From contig JAFGAO010000140.1 of the NCBI GenBank assembly GCA_016933615.1, positions 5,320 through 69,319 on the forward strand: a stretch of 64,000 nucleotides of DNA, in the 5' to 3' direction. This DNA is from Acidobacteriota bacterium (GTDB lineage: Bacteria; Acidobacteriota; UBA6911). The position numbers and the translations under genes are program-made. The notes below the pieces were generated by a model that was given only the letters and a program-made list of their open reading frames with translations, did no database searches and was not told the origin of the DNA. Shown here in pieces: positions 48,209-58,973 of the stretch (positions within the stretch are counted from its first letter, which is position 1; each line of letters opens with the position of its first letter).

Positions 48209-48778
48209 TCATGGATTTGCAATGGGCGCGTTTACGGATGTCAGGACGCCCAATGTGGAGTAGACATATTTTCTCCGCCCGATAAATGTCAATTGTACAC
48301 CACTGCGATCAAACGATCCGGTCTCCAGGGAGGACGGCAATGCATCGCTGCCGAAGGCAGCGGCGTCATTGTCCGTCAATTCAATGGCAAAAGAAGCGGG
48401 GATTTCGTTTCCGGCAGCCGGCCCGGAAACAGCGGCGCCGGCAAAAAAGGAATCCGCCGCAGCAAGATTTTTTACGCCGATGATATTGTTGGGCCCTTCA
48501 GGGTCGATGACCCATAGGAAAGGATCGCCGCCGGTAAAAATAGCCAGGCTTCCCGACTTGATCGCCCCGATGTAGCTGCCGGATTCGGGATCCCCGGGAT
48601 CGGCGTCCTCCGTCGCGCGTTCAAAAGAAAAGACGATCTCAAAGGTCTGACCGCTGAAATAAGAATACTCGCCGTCCAGCTCATGGATGGACCCCCTGAA
48701 ACTGAAGGTCGCTTCTTCCCCTCTGGCCGGGATGCAAATCATTACAGCCAGAACAAGCGCACCCGGAAGATACTTCAT
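48209..48778 (-). CDS. Secreted hypothetical protein
   Basis: Signal peptide (…IPARG-E), GGAGG SD, beta-rich composition. Stop lies 42 nt before nrfH. Confidence 0.65.
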   Translation of the reverse strand: MKYLPGALVLAVMICIPARGEEATFSFRGSIHELDGEYSYFSGQTFEIVFSFERATEDADPGDPESGSYIGAIKSGSLAIFTGGDPFLWVIDPEGPNNIIGVKNLAAADSFFAGAAVSGPAAGNEIPASFAIELTDNDAAAFGSDALPSSLETGSFDRSGVQLTFIGRRKYVYSTLGVLTSVNAPIANP

Positions 48779-48982
48779 GGCTCACCTCCCGATCGCGGCA
48801 TCCAGTCTCCGCAATCGATTATCGATTTAAGAGTTTCACTATCCCAAAACAACGGAAATTTTCACCTCCGCCGGTCCGGGTGTTTTTTCACCGCCACGGG
48901 GATTTGCCCTGAATCGGATACGCGTGCGGCAAACAGACTCCCGGAACCGCCATAAGATTACCCGAACGGGATTCCGGGTTCC

Positions 48983-49050
48983 TTGATCCGGCTCAAGTTT
49001 CGGGCCACCGGACAAAACCGGGGAATTTTCCGATTCTTGATGCGGATCAA
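48983..49050. promoter_or_regulatory. Two FNR/DNR-type Crp-family boxes
   Basis: TTGAT-ccgg-CTCAA (48983-48996) and perfect TTGAT-gcgg-ATCAA (49037-49050). TATTAA at 49073-49078 fits class II (-41.5) geometry toward qNor. Confidence 0.8.
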
Positions 49051-49180
49051 GGATTTCTTTTCGGCCTGTCCCTATTAATTGGGTTGCCTGTGCAAGTGCC
49101 CGTGCACTATTCTGTTCCCAATCAAGGCACGGAAAACTGACAGAACGTTCATTGCCCATCAACCGTCAAGGAGGTGAACG

Positions 49181-51457
49181 ATGTCGACGGAAACCCTGAA
49201 AAAAGCGGCGATTATTTGTTTCATCATTGCCTTGGGAGGGCTGCTCCTGGGAGGGCTGTTCGCCAACCGTGAGGCCCCCCCGTATCCCGGCCGCGTTCTG
49301 GCGCCGGACGGGGCCGTCCTTTTCACCGCAGCGGACATCCTCGCCGGACAGGACGTCTATCAGCGTTACGGGCTGATGGACCACGGCAGCGTCTGGGGCC
49401 ACGGCTCCCAGCGCGGGATGGAATTTTCCGCCGTGACCCTGCACCGCGCCGGAGAAAAAGTCCGGGAACAGCTTTCGATTGCGGCTTACGGGCGCCGCTA
49501 CGGCGAACTGGCGGGCGAAGAGAAGGACCTCATCGACATACGCACGCGCCGCAGCATGAAGGCAAACAACTATGACCCTGCCGCAGGCACCCTGCAACTG
49601 GATGCCCCCCAGGCGGCAGCCCTCGAGGACGCGCTTGAATTCTGGGAACGCACGTTTCGCGACGGCGATGGCGGTTACGGGTTCCTGCCGGGACAGATCC
49701 CGACCCGTGAGGAGCGGACGCAGCTGGGCCGCTTCTTCTTCTGGACCGCTTGGGTCGCCTCCGCTGCAAGACCCGGCGCCGAATACAGCTACACCAACAA
49801 CTGGCCCCACGAGCCCGAAGTCGGCAATGTCGCCACGACGGAAACATATATCTGGACATTGGGCGGGATCATTTCCCTGTTCATCACCCTGGGGCTTTTC
49901 ATCTTCTGGGTGCACCGGGACGGTCTCTGGTACGGGCCGGCCAAGGGGGTCCCGCTGGCGGAAAAGCTTGTTGACATGCCGCTGACGTCCAGCCAGATGA
50001 AAGCGGCCAAATACTTTCTCGTCGTCATCCTGCTTTTCCTGCTTCAGACGAGCTTCGGCGGGCTCCTGGCGCACTATACCGTGCATCCGGGAAGCTTCTA
50101 TATCCCCATAGTGGGCTCGCTCATCCCCTACAGCTGGGCCAAGACCTGGCACCTGCAGCTGGCCATATTCTGGATAGCCACCACATGGGTGGCATCGTCG
50201 ATCTACCTGGCTCCGATTGTGGGCGGACGGGAACCCAGAAAACAGGGGCTTCTTGTCCAGATCCTGTTCGCGGCCGTGCTCCTGGTGGCCGTCGGAAGCC
50301 TTGGAGGCGAAGTGCTGGGGATCAAGGGATTGTTCGGGGACGCCTGGTTCTGGATCGGGCACCAGGGCTGGGAATTCCTCGAACTGGGCCGGCTGTGGCA
50401 GATACTGCTTTTCGCCGGGCTGCTCGCATGGCTGGTCATCGTCTACCGCGCCGTAAAGAACCGTTCGGCCAAATTCCCGGACGAAGATTTCAGGAAACTG
50501 GTCAATTTCTACGTGCTGAGCGCCGCCCTGGTCGTCCTCTTTTTCGCCTTCGGCCTCCTGTTCAGCCGCGGCACGCACATCACCGTGGCCGACTACTGGA
50601 GATGGTTCGTCGTCCATATTTGGGTCGAAAGCATTTTCGAGTTCTTCGGCGTCGCCGTTATCTCCGTGCTGCTGGTGTCGATGGGACTCGCTTCCGCGAA
50701 GGGAGCCCTGAGGGTGGCCTATTTCACCGCTGCGCTCGTTTTCCTGAGCGGCATCCTTGGAACCGCGCACCATTACTTCTGGTTTGGAGGCCCCTCTCTC
50801 TGGCTCGCGATCGGCTCCGTCTTCTCCTCCATGGAGCCGGTCCCGCTTTTCGGCCTGGTGGTCCGCGGTCTGCTGGAATACAAGTCCATCCGGAAAGAAG
50901 GCCGGGATTTCGCCTACAAATGGCCCATGTATTTTCTGGTCGCCAGCTCGTTCTGGAACTTCCTCGGGGCCGGCGTTTTCGGATTCCTGATCAACCTGCC
51001 GCTGGTCAACTATTTCGAACACGGAACCTACCTGACCGTCAACCACGGGCACGGGGCGCTGTTCGGGGTCTACGGCATGCTGTCCATTGCGCTGCTGCTG
51101 TTTTCCTGGCGCGGACTGGTCGAACGCAAACACTGGAACGACCGGATCCTGGGAATATCGTTCTGGGGGCTCAACGGCGGCCTGCTGGTCATGACGCTCA
51201 TGACGCTTTTCCCGGTCGGCGTCGCCCAGGCGTGGACGAGCTACAAAGAAGGTCTGTGGATGGCGCGCGACGTCGGCTTTTTCGAAAGGCCCATCGTCGC
51301 AGTACTGGGGCAGTTGCGGATTGTTCCCGACACGATCATCATCGTGATCGGAATCCTTCCCCTGACCTACTTCCTTTTTAAAACATTCCCGCACCTCAAG
51401 GCCCAGGAAATCAAGGAGGAAGAGTCCGTGTGGGACCGGTTGGGAGTGAAACCGTAA
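49181..51457 (+). CDS. norZ: Quinol-dependent nitric oxide reductase (qNor)
   Basis: 758 aa. GSVWGHG, YTNNWP, HLQL, HIWVESIFE, GTAHHYFW, NHGHGALFGVYG. Confidence 0.95.
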   Translation: MSTETLKKAAIICFIIALGGLLLGGLFANREAPPYPGRVLAPDGAVLFTAADILAGQDVYQRYGLMDHGSVWGHGSQRGMEFSAVTLHRAGEKVREQLSIAAYGRRYGELAGEEKDLIDIRTRRSMKANNYDPAAGTLQLDAPQAAALEDALEFWERTFRDGDGGYGFLPGQIPTREERTQLGRFFFWTAWVASAARPGAEYSYTNNWPHEPEVGNVATTETYIWTLGGIISLFITLGLFIFWVHRDGLWYGPAKGVPLAEKLVDMPLTSSQMKAAKYFLVVILLFLLQTSFGGLLAHYTVHPGSFYIPIVGSLIPYSWAKTWHLQLAIFWIATTWVASSIYLAPIVGGREPRKQGLLVQILFAAVLLVAVGSLGGEVLGIKGLFGDAWFWIGHQGWEFLELGRLWQILLFAGLLAWLVIVYRAVKNRSAKFPDEDFRKLVNFYVLSAALVVLFFAFGLLFSRGTHITVADYWRWFVVHIWVESIFEFFGVAVISVLLVSMGLASAKGALRVAYFTAALVFLSGILGTAHHYFWFGGPSLWLAIGSVFSSMEPVPLFGLVVRGLLEYKSIRKEGRDFAYKWPMYFLVASSFWNFLGAGVFGFLINLPLVNYFEHGTYLTVNHGHGALFGVYGMLSIALLLFSWRGLVERKHWNDRILGISFWGLNGGLLVMTLMTLFPVGVAQAWTSYKEGLWMARDVGFFERPIVAVLGQLRIVPDTIIIVIGILPLTYFLFKTFPHLKAQEIKEEESVWDRLGVKP

Positions 51458-51469
51458 AGAAAAACCTGA

Positions 51470-51823
51470 TTATTGCGGGGTCCAGAATTCCAGCCGCCTC
51501 CCGTCCGGATCCCGCAGCTCAAACAGGCGTGCGCCCCAGGGGTGCACCCGGACCGCGGAAACTTCCCTGCAGCGCTCCGCCAGCATGGCGCGGACTTTAT
51601 CCACATTTCCGACCCTGAAGGAAAGGAGGGCGCCCCGGGGATTGTCGTTCTTCAAGCTCCTGAGCAGGCCGATGAGCGATCCCGGCGCAACGCGGACCTC
51701 GACGAATCCGGGTTTGACATCCGCTTCCTCAAATCCCAGGATATCCCGGTAGAAGGAAACGCACGCTTCCCAGTTCCGGCAATGAAGAATCGCATGAAAA
51801 CTTTCAACCGGTATCGGATCCAT
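51470..51823 (-). CDS. VOC/glyoxalase family protein
   Basis: FYRDILGF, HPWGARLFELRDPDGRRLEF. Confidence 0.85.
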   Translation of the reverse strand: MDPIPVESFHAILHCRNWEACVSFYRDILGFEEADVKPGFVEVRVAPGSLIGLLRSLKNDNPRGALLSFRVGNVDKVRAMLAERCREVSAVRVHPWGARLFELRDPDGRRLEFWTPQ

Positions 51824-52092
51824 GGACGAACTCCCGTAATTTTTTACCGCCGCCGGCGTCTATTTTATTCCTTTGAACCGCTGTTCAAAAGCGCGATCAA
51901 AAATCCGGAGACGGCGCCCCGGGTCCACAGGGCGCTCAACGAAAAAATCAACGAATACCTCACGGCCCCCTCGGAAACGCTGTTCGCAATCGACACGGCG
52001 GGGCTTCGTGGATGAAGGGACACCCTCCCTTTTCAGGCAAACGGGAAGGGGAGCCTCCCTGTCATTACATCCTTATATTTTAATAATCAAGC

Positions 52093-52121
52093 TTGATTTT
52101 TAAAATATAATAGCCTATGAT
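52093..52121 (+). promoter_or_regulatory. Sigma70-type promoter placing the TSS at or near the ATG (leaderless)
   Basis: TTGATT-17nt-TATGAT-6nt-ATG(52128). No Shine-Dalgarno. Confidence 0.55.
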
Positions 52122-52127
52122 CCCGCT

Positions 52128-53405
52128 ATGTTTTCACGCCGGATTGAAAAGAAATTATTGAAAACATTGGAAGATTTTCGCTGCGTAGCCCTGACGGGCG
52201 CCCGTCAGGTCGGGAAAAGCTATCTTCTCAGCCGAATCTGCCGGGATCAGGAGGGCATATACCGGACCCTCGATGACCCAAGGGTGCTTGAGGAGGCCAA
52301 TTCGGACCCGGTGGGTTGGCTGCGGCACAATCGCAGGCGAGGCAAACTTCTGGTTATCGACGAAGCGGCCAAATCTCCCCGGATTTTTTCGGCCGTCAAA
52401 GTGATTGTCGATGAGGAAGATCCCGTACCGACAAAGATCCTGCTTTCCAGCAGCGGCAACTATCTCCTGATGAGGCGAATAAAAGAATCCCTCGCCGGAA
52501 GGATTGGCCTGGTCTATCTCTACCCTCTCTCGTGGAGTGAAATCGGCGACGGTGTTCCCTCCCGTATTTCAAAACTCGCCGAACCGGATTCCATCCAGAC
52601 CGGTTCGGTTCCCGGCATGAGCGCGATTGAAATCGACAGAAGCCGTGAAAATATACTCACCTTCGGAGGATTTCCGGAAATTCAGGAGAAGTCGGATGCC
52701 GGATTCTTAAGGGAGTGGTCGAACCAATACTTCAATACCTACATCCTGCCGATGGCCGTTGAATTCTTCAGTGTAAGCAAGCAACACGCCTTTCAGAAGG
52801 TTTTTTACCAGATGTGTCTTCGAACATCCAATCTGCTCAATTACAGCGATGTAGCCGGACCAAGCGGCATCAGTTCGGTGACGGTAAAAAATTACATCGA
52901 ATACTTTACCGCAATGATGATCTGCTTCGAACTGCCCCAGTTCTACCTGAATCCGATCAAAAGACTCGTCAAGTCCCCGAAGATACACATCATTGATCCA
53001 ATCCTTGTTAACACCGGTTTCGGCAATGTCGGCAGCCTGACGCTGCAAAAAAACACCGGGGCGATAGGACAGCTCTACGAGTCATGGATTGTGTCGGAAT
53101 TGATAAAATGCGCCCATTACGAATCCATTTTCCCCGACTTCTTCACCTGGCGTACCCAGGACGGGGCCGAAGTGGACCTGGTTTTGAGACTTCAGGGACA
53201 TTACGTGCCGATCGAAATAAAATACAAAAAAAGGCTGAGCAAAAGGGATTTATCGGGATTACGGTCCTGGTTTGAAGTACACGATTCCGAGACTCCGGCC
53301 GCCTATATCGTCTACCCGGGAAACAAATTTTATCGGCTCTCCGGGAAGATCTGGGCCTTGCCGGATTTTCTTCTACTGGGAGCGTTCGACAGCCGGCGCA
53401 CCTGA
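52128..53405 (+). CDS. AAA_14 ATPase with DUF4143 domain (second copy)
   Basis: GARQVGKS, VIDEA, SSSG, KRLVKSPK, RTQDGAEVD...IEIK. Confidence 0.9.
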   Translation: MFSRRIEKKLLKTLEDFRCVALTGARQVGKSYLLSRICRDQEGIYRTLDDPRVLEEANSDPVGWLRHNRRRGKLLVIDEAAKSPRIFSAVKVIVDEEDPVPTKILLSSSGNYLLMRRIKESLAGRIGLVYLYPLSWSEIGDGVPSRISKLAEPDSIQTGSVPGMSAIEIDRSRENILTFGGFPEIQEKSDAGFLREWSNQYFNTYILPMAVEFFSVSKQHAFQKVFYQMCLRTSNLLNYSDVAGPSGISSVTVKNYIEYFTAMMICFELPQFYLNPIKRLVKSPKIHIIDPILVNTGFGNVGSLTLQKNTGAIGQLYESWIVSELIKCAHYESIFPDFFTWRTQDGAEVDLVLRLQGHYVPIEIKYKKRLSKRDLSGLRSWFEVHDSETPAAYIVYPGNKFYRLSGKIWALPDFLLLGAFDSRRT

Positions 53406-53565
53406 AAAACCAACCGTGCCAGTCGCCAGCCGGCCGACCGGGGGGCATACCGGGACCGAACCCAATGCCGTTGGCTGGAGAAAATTTATGAAAAACAGGC
53501 TTTTCCATGCCTCCGGAACAGGTCCTTGAAGCATGCCGGAACTGAGGCTGCATGCGGCTTCGGAG

Positions 53566-53590
53566 AAAAATCCGTTCGGGCGAACGGATT
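53566..53590 (-). terminator. Rho-independent terminator of the Spy/CpxP gene
   Basis: AATCCGTTC-gccc-GAACGGATT hairpin running into a T-tract on the minus strand, about 10 nt after the stop. Confidence 0.7.
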
Positions 53591-53599
53591 CAAATACGC

Positions 53600-54055
53600 T
53601 CAGTTTGCGCCCAGCTCCCGGAAACGCTGCAGCCTCCGGTTCAAAATATCCATTCGATTCCGCTGCCTGTCCTGCAATGCAGCCAGTTGTTCCGGAGTCA
53701 ATTCCGATTCGATCTGATCCGCAATCGCCCGCCTCAGCTCCATTATTCGGGCCTGCGCTGCTCCAAAATCACCGGGTGCATCCGCCTCCTCATTAAACAG
53801 GGCAATCCGGGCCCTCAGGAGATTTTCCCTCGCGGCGGCAATCTGCGGCTTATTCGCCTGTAAAATGGCCCTGATCGCCTCCCTTTGTTCGATGCTGAGC
53901 TCGAGACTCCTGACGAACTGCCGGATGCCGAAATTTCCCGCAAGCTCACGTCGGAATTGCGACCGGTTCCTGTGCTGCGCGCCTACCGCGGCCGCAAACA
54001 CAAGAATCAAAAGCGCCGAACCTGCTACAATCGCCTTGAATTTCAGGTTTCCCAT
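53600..54055 (-). CDS. Spy/CpxP family periplasmic chaperone
   Basis: Signal peptide, LELSIEQRE and LTPEQ motifs, helical composition. Confidence 0.8.
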   Translation of the reverse strand: MGNLKFKAIVAGSALLILVFAAAVGAQHRNRSQFRRELAGNFGIRQFVRSLELSIEQREAIRAILQANKPQIAAARENLLRARIALFNEEADAPGDFGAAQARIMELRRAIADQIESELTPEQLAALQDRQRNRMDILNRRLQRFRELGAN

Positions 54056-54392
54056 ATTTTACTCCTCCTGTCCGAACCTAAAGGTCCTTTATTCTTTAAA
54101 CACGGGAAACGGCAGAAAGTTTCGGCGGACCGGCGCCTTTGCACAAAATGATTCAGTTCCCTCAAATCCGGGCATCCCCGGAGGCGAGTTCTTCGGCATA
54201 CCGGCGGATGCAGGGGGCGCGATGCTCCAGGAACCTGTTGAAGGCCGCTCTCTTCTTTCCTCCAGGATGAAACCGGGCGGGGGCAAAGGGATTATTCCGG
54301 ATTGAAACGCGAAAGCGCCGAGCCGGCAGCGTCTGTATTCACGAAGAAGCCTTCCCGCAATTTTCCCGCCGTTTACGGGGGGGCGAGAGCGG

Positions 54393-54890
54393 TTATTTGC
54401 CTGGTTTTCGCAGGTCGTCTTCAACCACTACGCCGTTCTCTTCGGCCCATTCGGTGACGAACTCCCTTTGAGCTTCTTCGAGGTAGTCGTACCATGACTG
54501 CTGAATTCCAAGCCTGTGCACCGTATCCTTGAAACGACGGAACGCCCCGCGCCCCTTTATGGCGCGCAACAGCCGGTTTGCGGTTTCATCGTCTTCGACG
54601 GAGCCGATGAAGTGTTCCATCACCTCGTACTCGTTAAACTCAAAATCGTCCGGAGGCGCGATAAAGCGGCTGCCGTCATCGGCCACGATCTCCTTGGCCA
54701 TTTCATATTCCGCCTCCTGCCAATCCGCAAGGTCGTCCGGATCCAGCGCTTCCCCCTCTTCAAGGCAGGAGATCATCCTTCCCCCAACGGAAACGCATGC
54801 ACCCGTCTTCCGGTCAAAATAGGTGCAAAAATCTTCCGAAGGCATATCCAGGGCAAATATTAGGTCGCTTAACCTGGCAGGCGGATTCAT
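54393..54890 (-). CDS. UPF0158 family protein
   Basis: YFDRKTG, YEVMEHFI, AIKGRGAFRRFKD, WAEENG. Confidence 0.85.
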   Translation of the reverse strand: MNPPARLSDLIFALDMPSEDFCTYFDRKTGACVSVGGRMISCLEEGEALDPDDLADWQEAEYEMAKEIVADDGSRFIAPPDDFEFNEYEVMEHFIGSVEDDETANRLLRAIKGRGAFRRFKDTVHRLGIQQSWYDYLEEAQREFVTEWAEENGVVVEDDLRKPGK

Positions 54891-55225
54891 ATGCCTCGCT
54901 CCTCTCCCTTGCATCGTTAAACCAGAATAGTCCTTTGTAGTCAAGACCGGCAATGACGGCGCGGGCCAGGCCCCTCCGATTCCCGTCATTCAGGGTAAAC
55001 CGGGGCTCCTTCGATGTTCGCCACGCCGTGCCCGGATGCGGAATCATTTCGCCGTTTCCTAATGGATTGCCCGGTTTCGATTGGACATAGACTGGGTTCT
55101 CGACGAACTCAGGCTCGAGGAACTGAAAAGGGGAACCGGGCGGCAGTAGCCGCGGACGGATTGACGGCATCGGTCCGGCGGCGCCGGTTTTCGCCTTAAG
55201 AAAAAGACTGCGGGAAATTTTCAGC

Positions 55226-56155
55226 TCAAGCTCCGCAGCATTTCTTGTATTTTTTCCCGCTGCCGCATGGACACGGATCGTTCCTTCCGATTTTGGCCGG
55301 CCGCACGGGAGGAGGTTCCTCCGGATTCCGCGGCTCGAATTCCGGATCCGGCAAATTCATGAATATTGAGCCCTTATTTCGCAAAAGAGCCTGCTTGAAC
55401 AGCGCCTTCAGCCTCCTGTGCCGCTTTTTCAACTCACCGTTCAATCCCCTCCAGGAACTCTTCAATCCGTCCATCAATTCCTGCAAAGTGGGTTGGCAGG
55501 CTTCGGGAGTCCCAAGCCGTTCGAATGTTTTTTTCTGATAGTCGTAGCGAACCGCCGGCGGATTCTTTTTATTTTCACGCGCCGGAACGCCCGTCTGATC
55601 GAGCATAACAAATTGCAGGATCGCCTCGTGGCAGTTGCAATCCGGATTCACGCAATAATCGTCGGCCGCCACCCATTTTCCCTTCCCGAAGGGAAAAGCC
55701 AGAGCGGCTCCAAGTGGGAAAATCTCCCCGTAGCCGACCACGGTAGAATCGCCTCGGAGCACTTCGGGAGGAAATTCAGCATCCAGGCGCCGGACATCGC
55801 AGTTTTCGATCTGGCGCTTCTTTTCGAGCATCAGGAACTCGGACAGATAATTCCAATCCTTGTCCTGCAGTTCCGCCGCCACCGCTTCGGCAAAAGCCTC
55901 TGAGTCCGGAGAGCGTTTTCCGGCAGCGTCGCGATATGGGGCGCGTTTTGCGACATCCAGGGCGAATTGAACCCGGTCTCCTTGCGAATTACTGCCGTTG
56001 TTTGCCGGGAGGCATTCAAAGTCTATGAAACAACAACCGCAGCATGGATTGTTGCAAACTCCCAGGCGGGCGGACCAGCGGCTGCCCGCATAAGGGCCAC
56101 TCTCCATCAGCAGTACGTGCGCCTCTTCGACCGGATCGTAGAGAAGAACCGACAT
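55226..56155 (-). CDS. SEC-C motif protein with additional Cys clusters
   Basis: C-terminal [20 protein letters not shown]. Internal CNNPCCGC and CVNPDCNC. Confidence 0.85.
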   Translation of the reverse strand: MSVLLYDPVEEAHVLLMESGPYAGSRWSARLGVCNNPCCGCCFIDFECLPANNGSNSQGDRVQFALDVAKRAPYRDAAGKRSPDSEAFAEAVAAELQDKDWNYLSEFLMLEKKRQIENCDVRRLDAEFPPEVLRGDSTVVGYGEIFPLGAALAFPFGKGKWVAADDYCVNPDCNCHEAILQFVMLDQTGVPARENKKNPPAVRYDYQKKTFERLGTPEACQPTLQELMDGLKSSWRGLNGELKKRHRRLKALFKQALLRNKGSIFMNLPDPEFEPRNPEEPPPVRPAKIGRNDPCPCGSGKKYKKCCGA

Positions 56156-56190
56156 TTTTCTCTCCTTGCATGTGTCAGCTGAAATTCCAT

Positions 56191-57804
56191 TTATTTGATC
56201 GCTACCCGGATCTGAGTGAAGGAATGCGCCGGGAACGAGAAGGTAAATGAGCCCCCTCCCGTTTCCATGGTGGAAGCCGCGGGCCGATATTTGTCTTTGT
56301 CGTTTTCGGTATAGGGCGATTCGACATCCTCGCTGTTGATGGTGCTTATTGCCGCCGTTCCTGAAAATTCTCCGGTATCGCTGATAATATCAGCCGTGAT
56401 CGCCTTATCCATATTCCGGTTCACGACGTTCATTACCAGGGTTTTTTCGTCTTCCGAATAGGCGGATGAAACGTCCAGATAAGGAATATCCCTGTAAATT
56501 TCACCGTCGAATGTCTCGCAATCCACGTAGGTATCCAGCGACGCGCCTTTCACGTTTGTCGAAAACAACTTGTACATGTAGAAAAAGGGGGCCTTGTATG
56601 TCCGTCCCTCCCTGCCCCGCGACAGGAGGCTGGTAAACATTGTAAAGTTCGCCCTTTTTACGAAATCGGCGTGCCGCAGGAAGGTATTGAAATGCAGCGC
56701 TCCCGCCAGCGTGCTCATGTGGTTTTGTCCCCGCAGCCCCCATTCCGTAAAGGCGATGTAAAACGGCTTGCCGGGGACGCGATTTTTGATTTTCGCTATT
56801 TTGATCTGATTCTCGGTTGTGGAAATATAATCGTTGAAATGCCTTTCCCAGTCCCCCAGAAACACGTGCGGCACCCTGTCGTTTTCAATGTCGTTGCGGA
56901 GGCCGGTGCCCCAGTAGCGGTGAACGGCAATGTATTCCACGTTCCTTTGCGCAATCAGCCCGTCGATTACGTCCCCGTTCCATTGCACCCATTCCGCGTC
57001 CTCCCCGTCGTGGAATACCCAGGAGGATCCCATGGCGATAAAAACGGGCTGGGTGCAGGTTTTGCAGCCCCGGTTGACGAAATACATGATCGTGGCGGCG
57101 TCCCTGGCATAGGCGACATACTCTTCCGAGCTCAGGGCCACCGCCTGCCACGGCTCTCCGTCCACTTCGTTCCCGAGGTGCCAGTACTTCACGCCGTAGG
57201 GCTCGGGGTGGCCGTATCGGGCCCTTAAATCGGCATAATACGAGCCCGCCGGGGAATTCACGTATTCTATCCAGTTCCGATTGTCTTCGAGCGTGGCGGT
57301 GGTCACGTTGATGCAGATGGAACTCTCCACCCCCATGGCTTCCGCCAGCTGCAGCCATTCATCGGTCCCTACCCGGTTCCGGTCCAGCACGTTCCAGGCA
57401 AGCTCCCTCCTGACCGGCCGGTCTTCCTTGGGGCCGATGCCGTCCTTCCAGTTGTAGGTGAGAGTGTAATTGCCCCCGGGCCAGCGCATATTGGGGAGCT
57501 GCAATTCCCTGGCTGCCTCTATGTAATCGGTCCGGAATCCGTCTTCATTAGCCAGGGGGTGCTCCGGATCGTAAAGCATGCCGTCCATGGAATTGACGAT
57601 GGGTTCCATGAAAACCCCGTATAGGTTCCGGTCGATGTCCCCGATCGTCCGGAGTATATCTATTTTAATTGTGGCGTTCTGAGGGTAGGCGGGGTTTGCA
57701 TTTGCCAGAAAAACAATCGCCAGAACGCCCGCAGCCTCGAAATACTTTCCAATGCAGCGGCGAAAAGATCCGGACCGGTTTATTTTCATTTTCATCGCCT
57801 CCAT
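56191..57804 (-). CDS. GH51 alpha-L-arabinofuranosidase, secreted
   Basis: RWPGGN, acid/base LGNEVDG, nucleophile FTEW, C-terminal FPAHS. Confidence 0.92.
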   Translation of the reverse strand: MEAMKMKINRSGSFRRCIGKYFEAAGVLAIVFLANANPAYPQNATIKIDILRTIGDIDRNLYGVFMEPIVNSMDGMLYDPEHPLANEDGFRTDYIEAARELQLPNMRWPGGNYTLTYNWKDGIGPKEDRPVRRELAWNVLDRNRVGTDEWLQLAEAMGVESSICINVTTATLEDNRNWIEYVNSPAGSYYADLRARYGHPEPYGVKYWHLGNEVDGEPWQAVALSSEEYVAYARDAATIMYFVNRGCKTCTQPVFIAMGSSWVFHDGEDAEWVQWNGDVIDGLIAQRNVEYIAVHRYWGTGLRNDIENDRVPHVFLGDWERHFNDYISTTENQIKIAKIKNRVPGKPFYIAFTEWGLRGQNHMSTLAGALHFNTFLRHADFVKRANFTMFTSLLSRGREGRTYKAPFFYMYKLFSTNVKGASLDTYVDCETFDGEIYRDIPYLDVSSAYSEDEKTLVMNVVNRNMDKAITADIISDTGEFSGTAAISTINSEDVESPYTENDKDKYRPAASTMETGGGSFTFSFPAHSFTQIRVAIK

Positions 57805-57971
57805 CGGGTTTGAAAGATTTTTTCAAATTTCATCGGGTTCGGCACAATCCCGGCAGAGCCGGGGCGCGGGCTTCCGTCGCTCGGCCGCCGCGGGCGGGCC
57901 GGAGCGCATCGAAGAAGCTTCCCTGCCGGTTCCGTGGGTCCGCCCCGCAAAATCAGGAAGTATTTCGGGTT

Positions 57972-58973
57972 CTAATTATTCGGCTCTTCGCTTTCATCCG
58001 CCCGGTTGAGCGGGGCGCCGCAGGCAATTGCACTGACCATCGCCGAATAATTCGACCTTGTCGGATAGGGGAAGCTCTCCGCGCTTTCCGTCTCTGATTC
58101 CGGGTCCATATCGGACATGGGAACCGGCTCCATGGTATCGAGGTACTCCCTGGCAGTCCGCAGGACCTCCTCCGCTCCGGGAGAAGCCTCGATTTCGACA
58201 ACCGTGTCCTTGTGCCAACCGCCCAGAACCTCTTCGGACAGCGCTTCATAATCCCTTTGACCGATCGCGTGCCTGTCGTAATCGCCGACAGGCAATCCGT
58301 GATCCACGGTCTCCCTGAGCCGGATATTGTAGCGGATGACCGTGTGGAACACCTTGTCTTCAAATTTCTCCCGGACCCTCTCGAGCACTTCCTGGGAATA
58401 GCGCGTCCTTGCGTCGAACATGGTTACAAGCGCCCGGGGCGTAACTTCATGGCCGGATGCGTTTTTGATCATGACCATCATATCCGTCAGCTTGGCAATC
58501 CCCCGGAGGGAAAAGAGGCTCATGTCGATGGGCAGGATCGCCTCAGAAGCGGCGCGGAGGGCATTGAAGCTCAGGTGCCCGATGCTGGGCGGACAATCGA
58601 CGATTATGAAATCGAAGGGTTTCTCCAGGCGCGCGATCGCCTCCAGGAGCCTTTTTTCCCTGCCGTCCACGAGCGCCAACTCCTGCTCCACGGCGCACAG
58701 CAGCGTGTCCGACGGCGCGATGTCGAAATTCTCCTTGACCGGAACGACGACATCGTCGAGCCCTACCCGGCCCGTTTGCGTCGGAGAAACCGCATGATAT
58801 ATGTTCTGCTCCGGGTCGCAGTCTATGTTAAGCCCCATCGTGGCGTGGGACTGGGGGTCAAAGTCGATCAGTAGCACCTTTTGCCCTTTCGATGCCAGAC
58901 AAGACGAAAGATTGATGGCCGTGGTGGTTTTTCCGCATCCTCCCTTTTGATTCGCAACCGCAATGATTCGCAT
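57972..58973 (-). CDS. ParA/Soj family ATPase with acidic C-terminal extension
   Basis: Deviant Walker A KGGCGKTT, IDFDPQS, IVDCPP, IRYNIRLRE. Confidence 0.93.
   Translation of the reverse strand: MRIIAVANQKGGCGKTTTAINLSSCLASKGQKVLLIDFDPQSHATMGLNIDCDPEQNIYHAVSPTQTGRVGLDDVVVPVKENFDIAPSDTLLCAVEQELALVDGREKRLLEAIARLEKPFDFIIVDCPPSIGHLSFNALRAASEAILPIDMSLFSLRGIAKLTDMMVMIKNASGHEVTPRALVTMFDARTRYSQEVLERVREKFEDKVFHTVIRYNIRLRETVDHGLPVGDYDRHAIGQRDYEALSEEVLGGWHKDTVVEIEASPGAEEVLRTAREYLDTMEPVPMSDMDPESETESAESFPYPTRSNYSAMVSAIACGAPLNRADESEEPNN

Noticed and set aside
49181-51457. NO dismutase (Nod) instead of qNor
   Set aside because: The non-heme-iron His ligands and the conserved Glu residues (HIWVE..FE, HH, HGH) are canonical for qNor.
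51840-52015. Protein-like stretch (LFYSFEPLFKSAIKNPE...) on the plus strand
   Set aside because: No start or SD and no recognisable family. It may be a gene tail but cannot be supported.
55080-55140. Short protein-like reading LDIDWVLDELRLEELKRG
   Set aside because: Too short and without a start. No family recognised.
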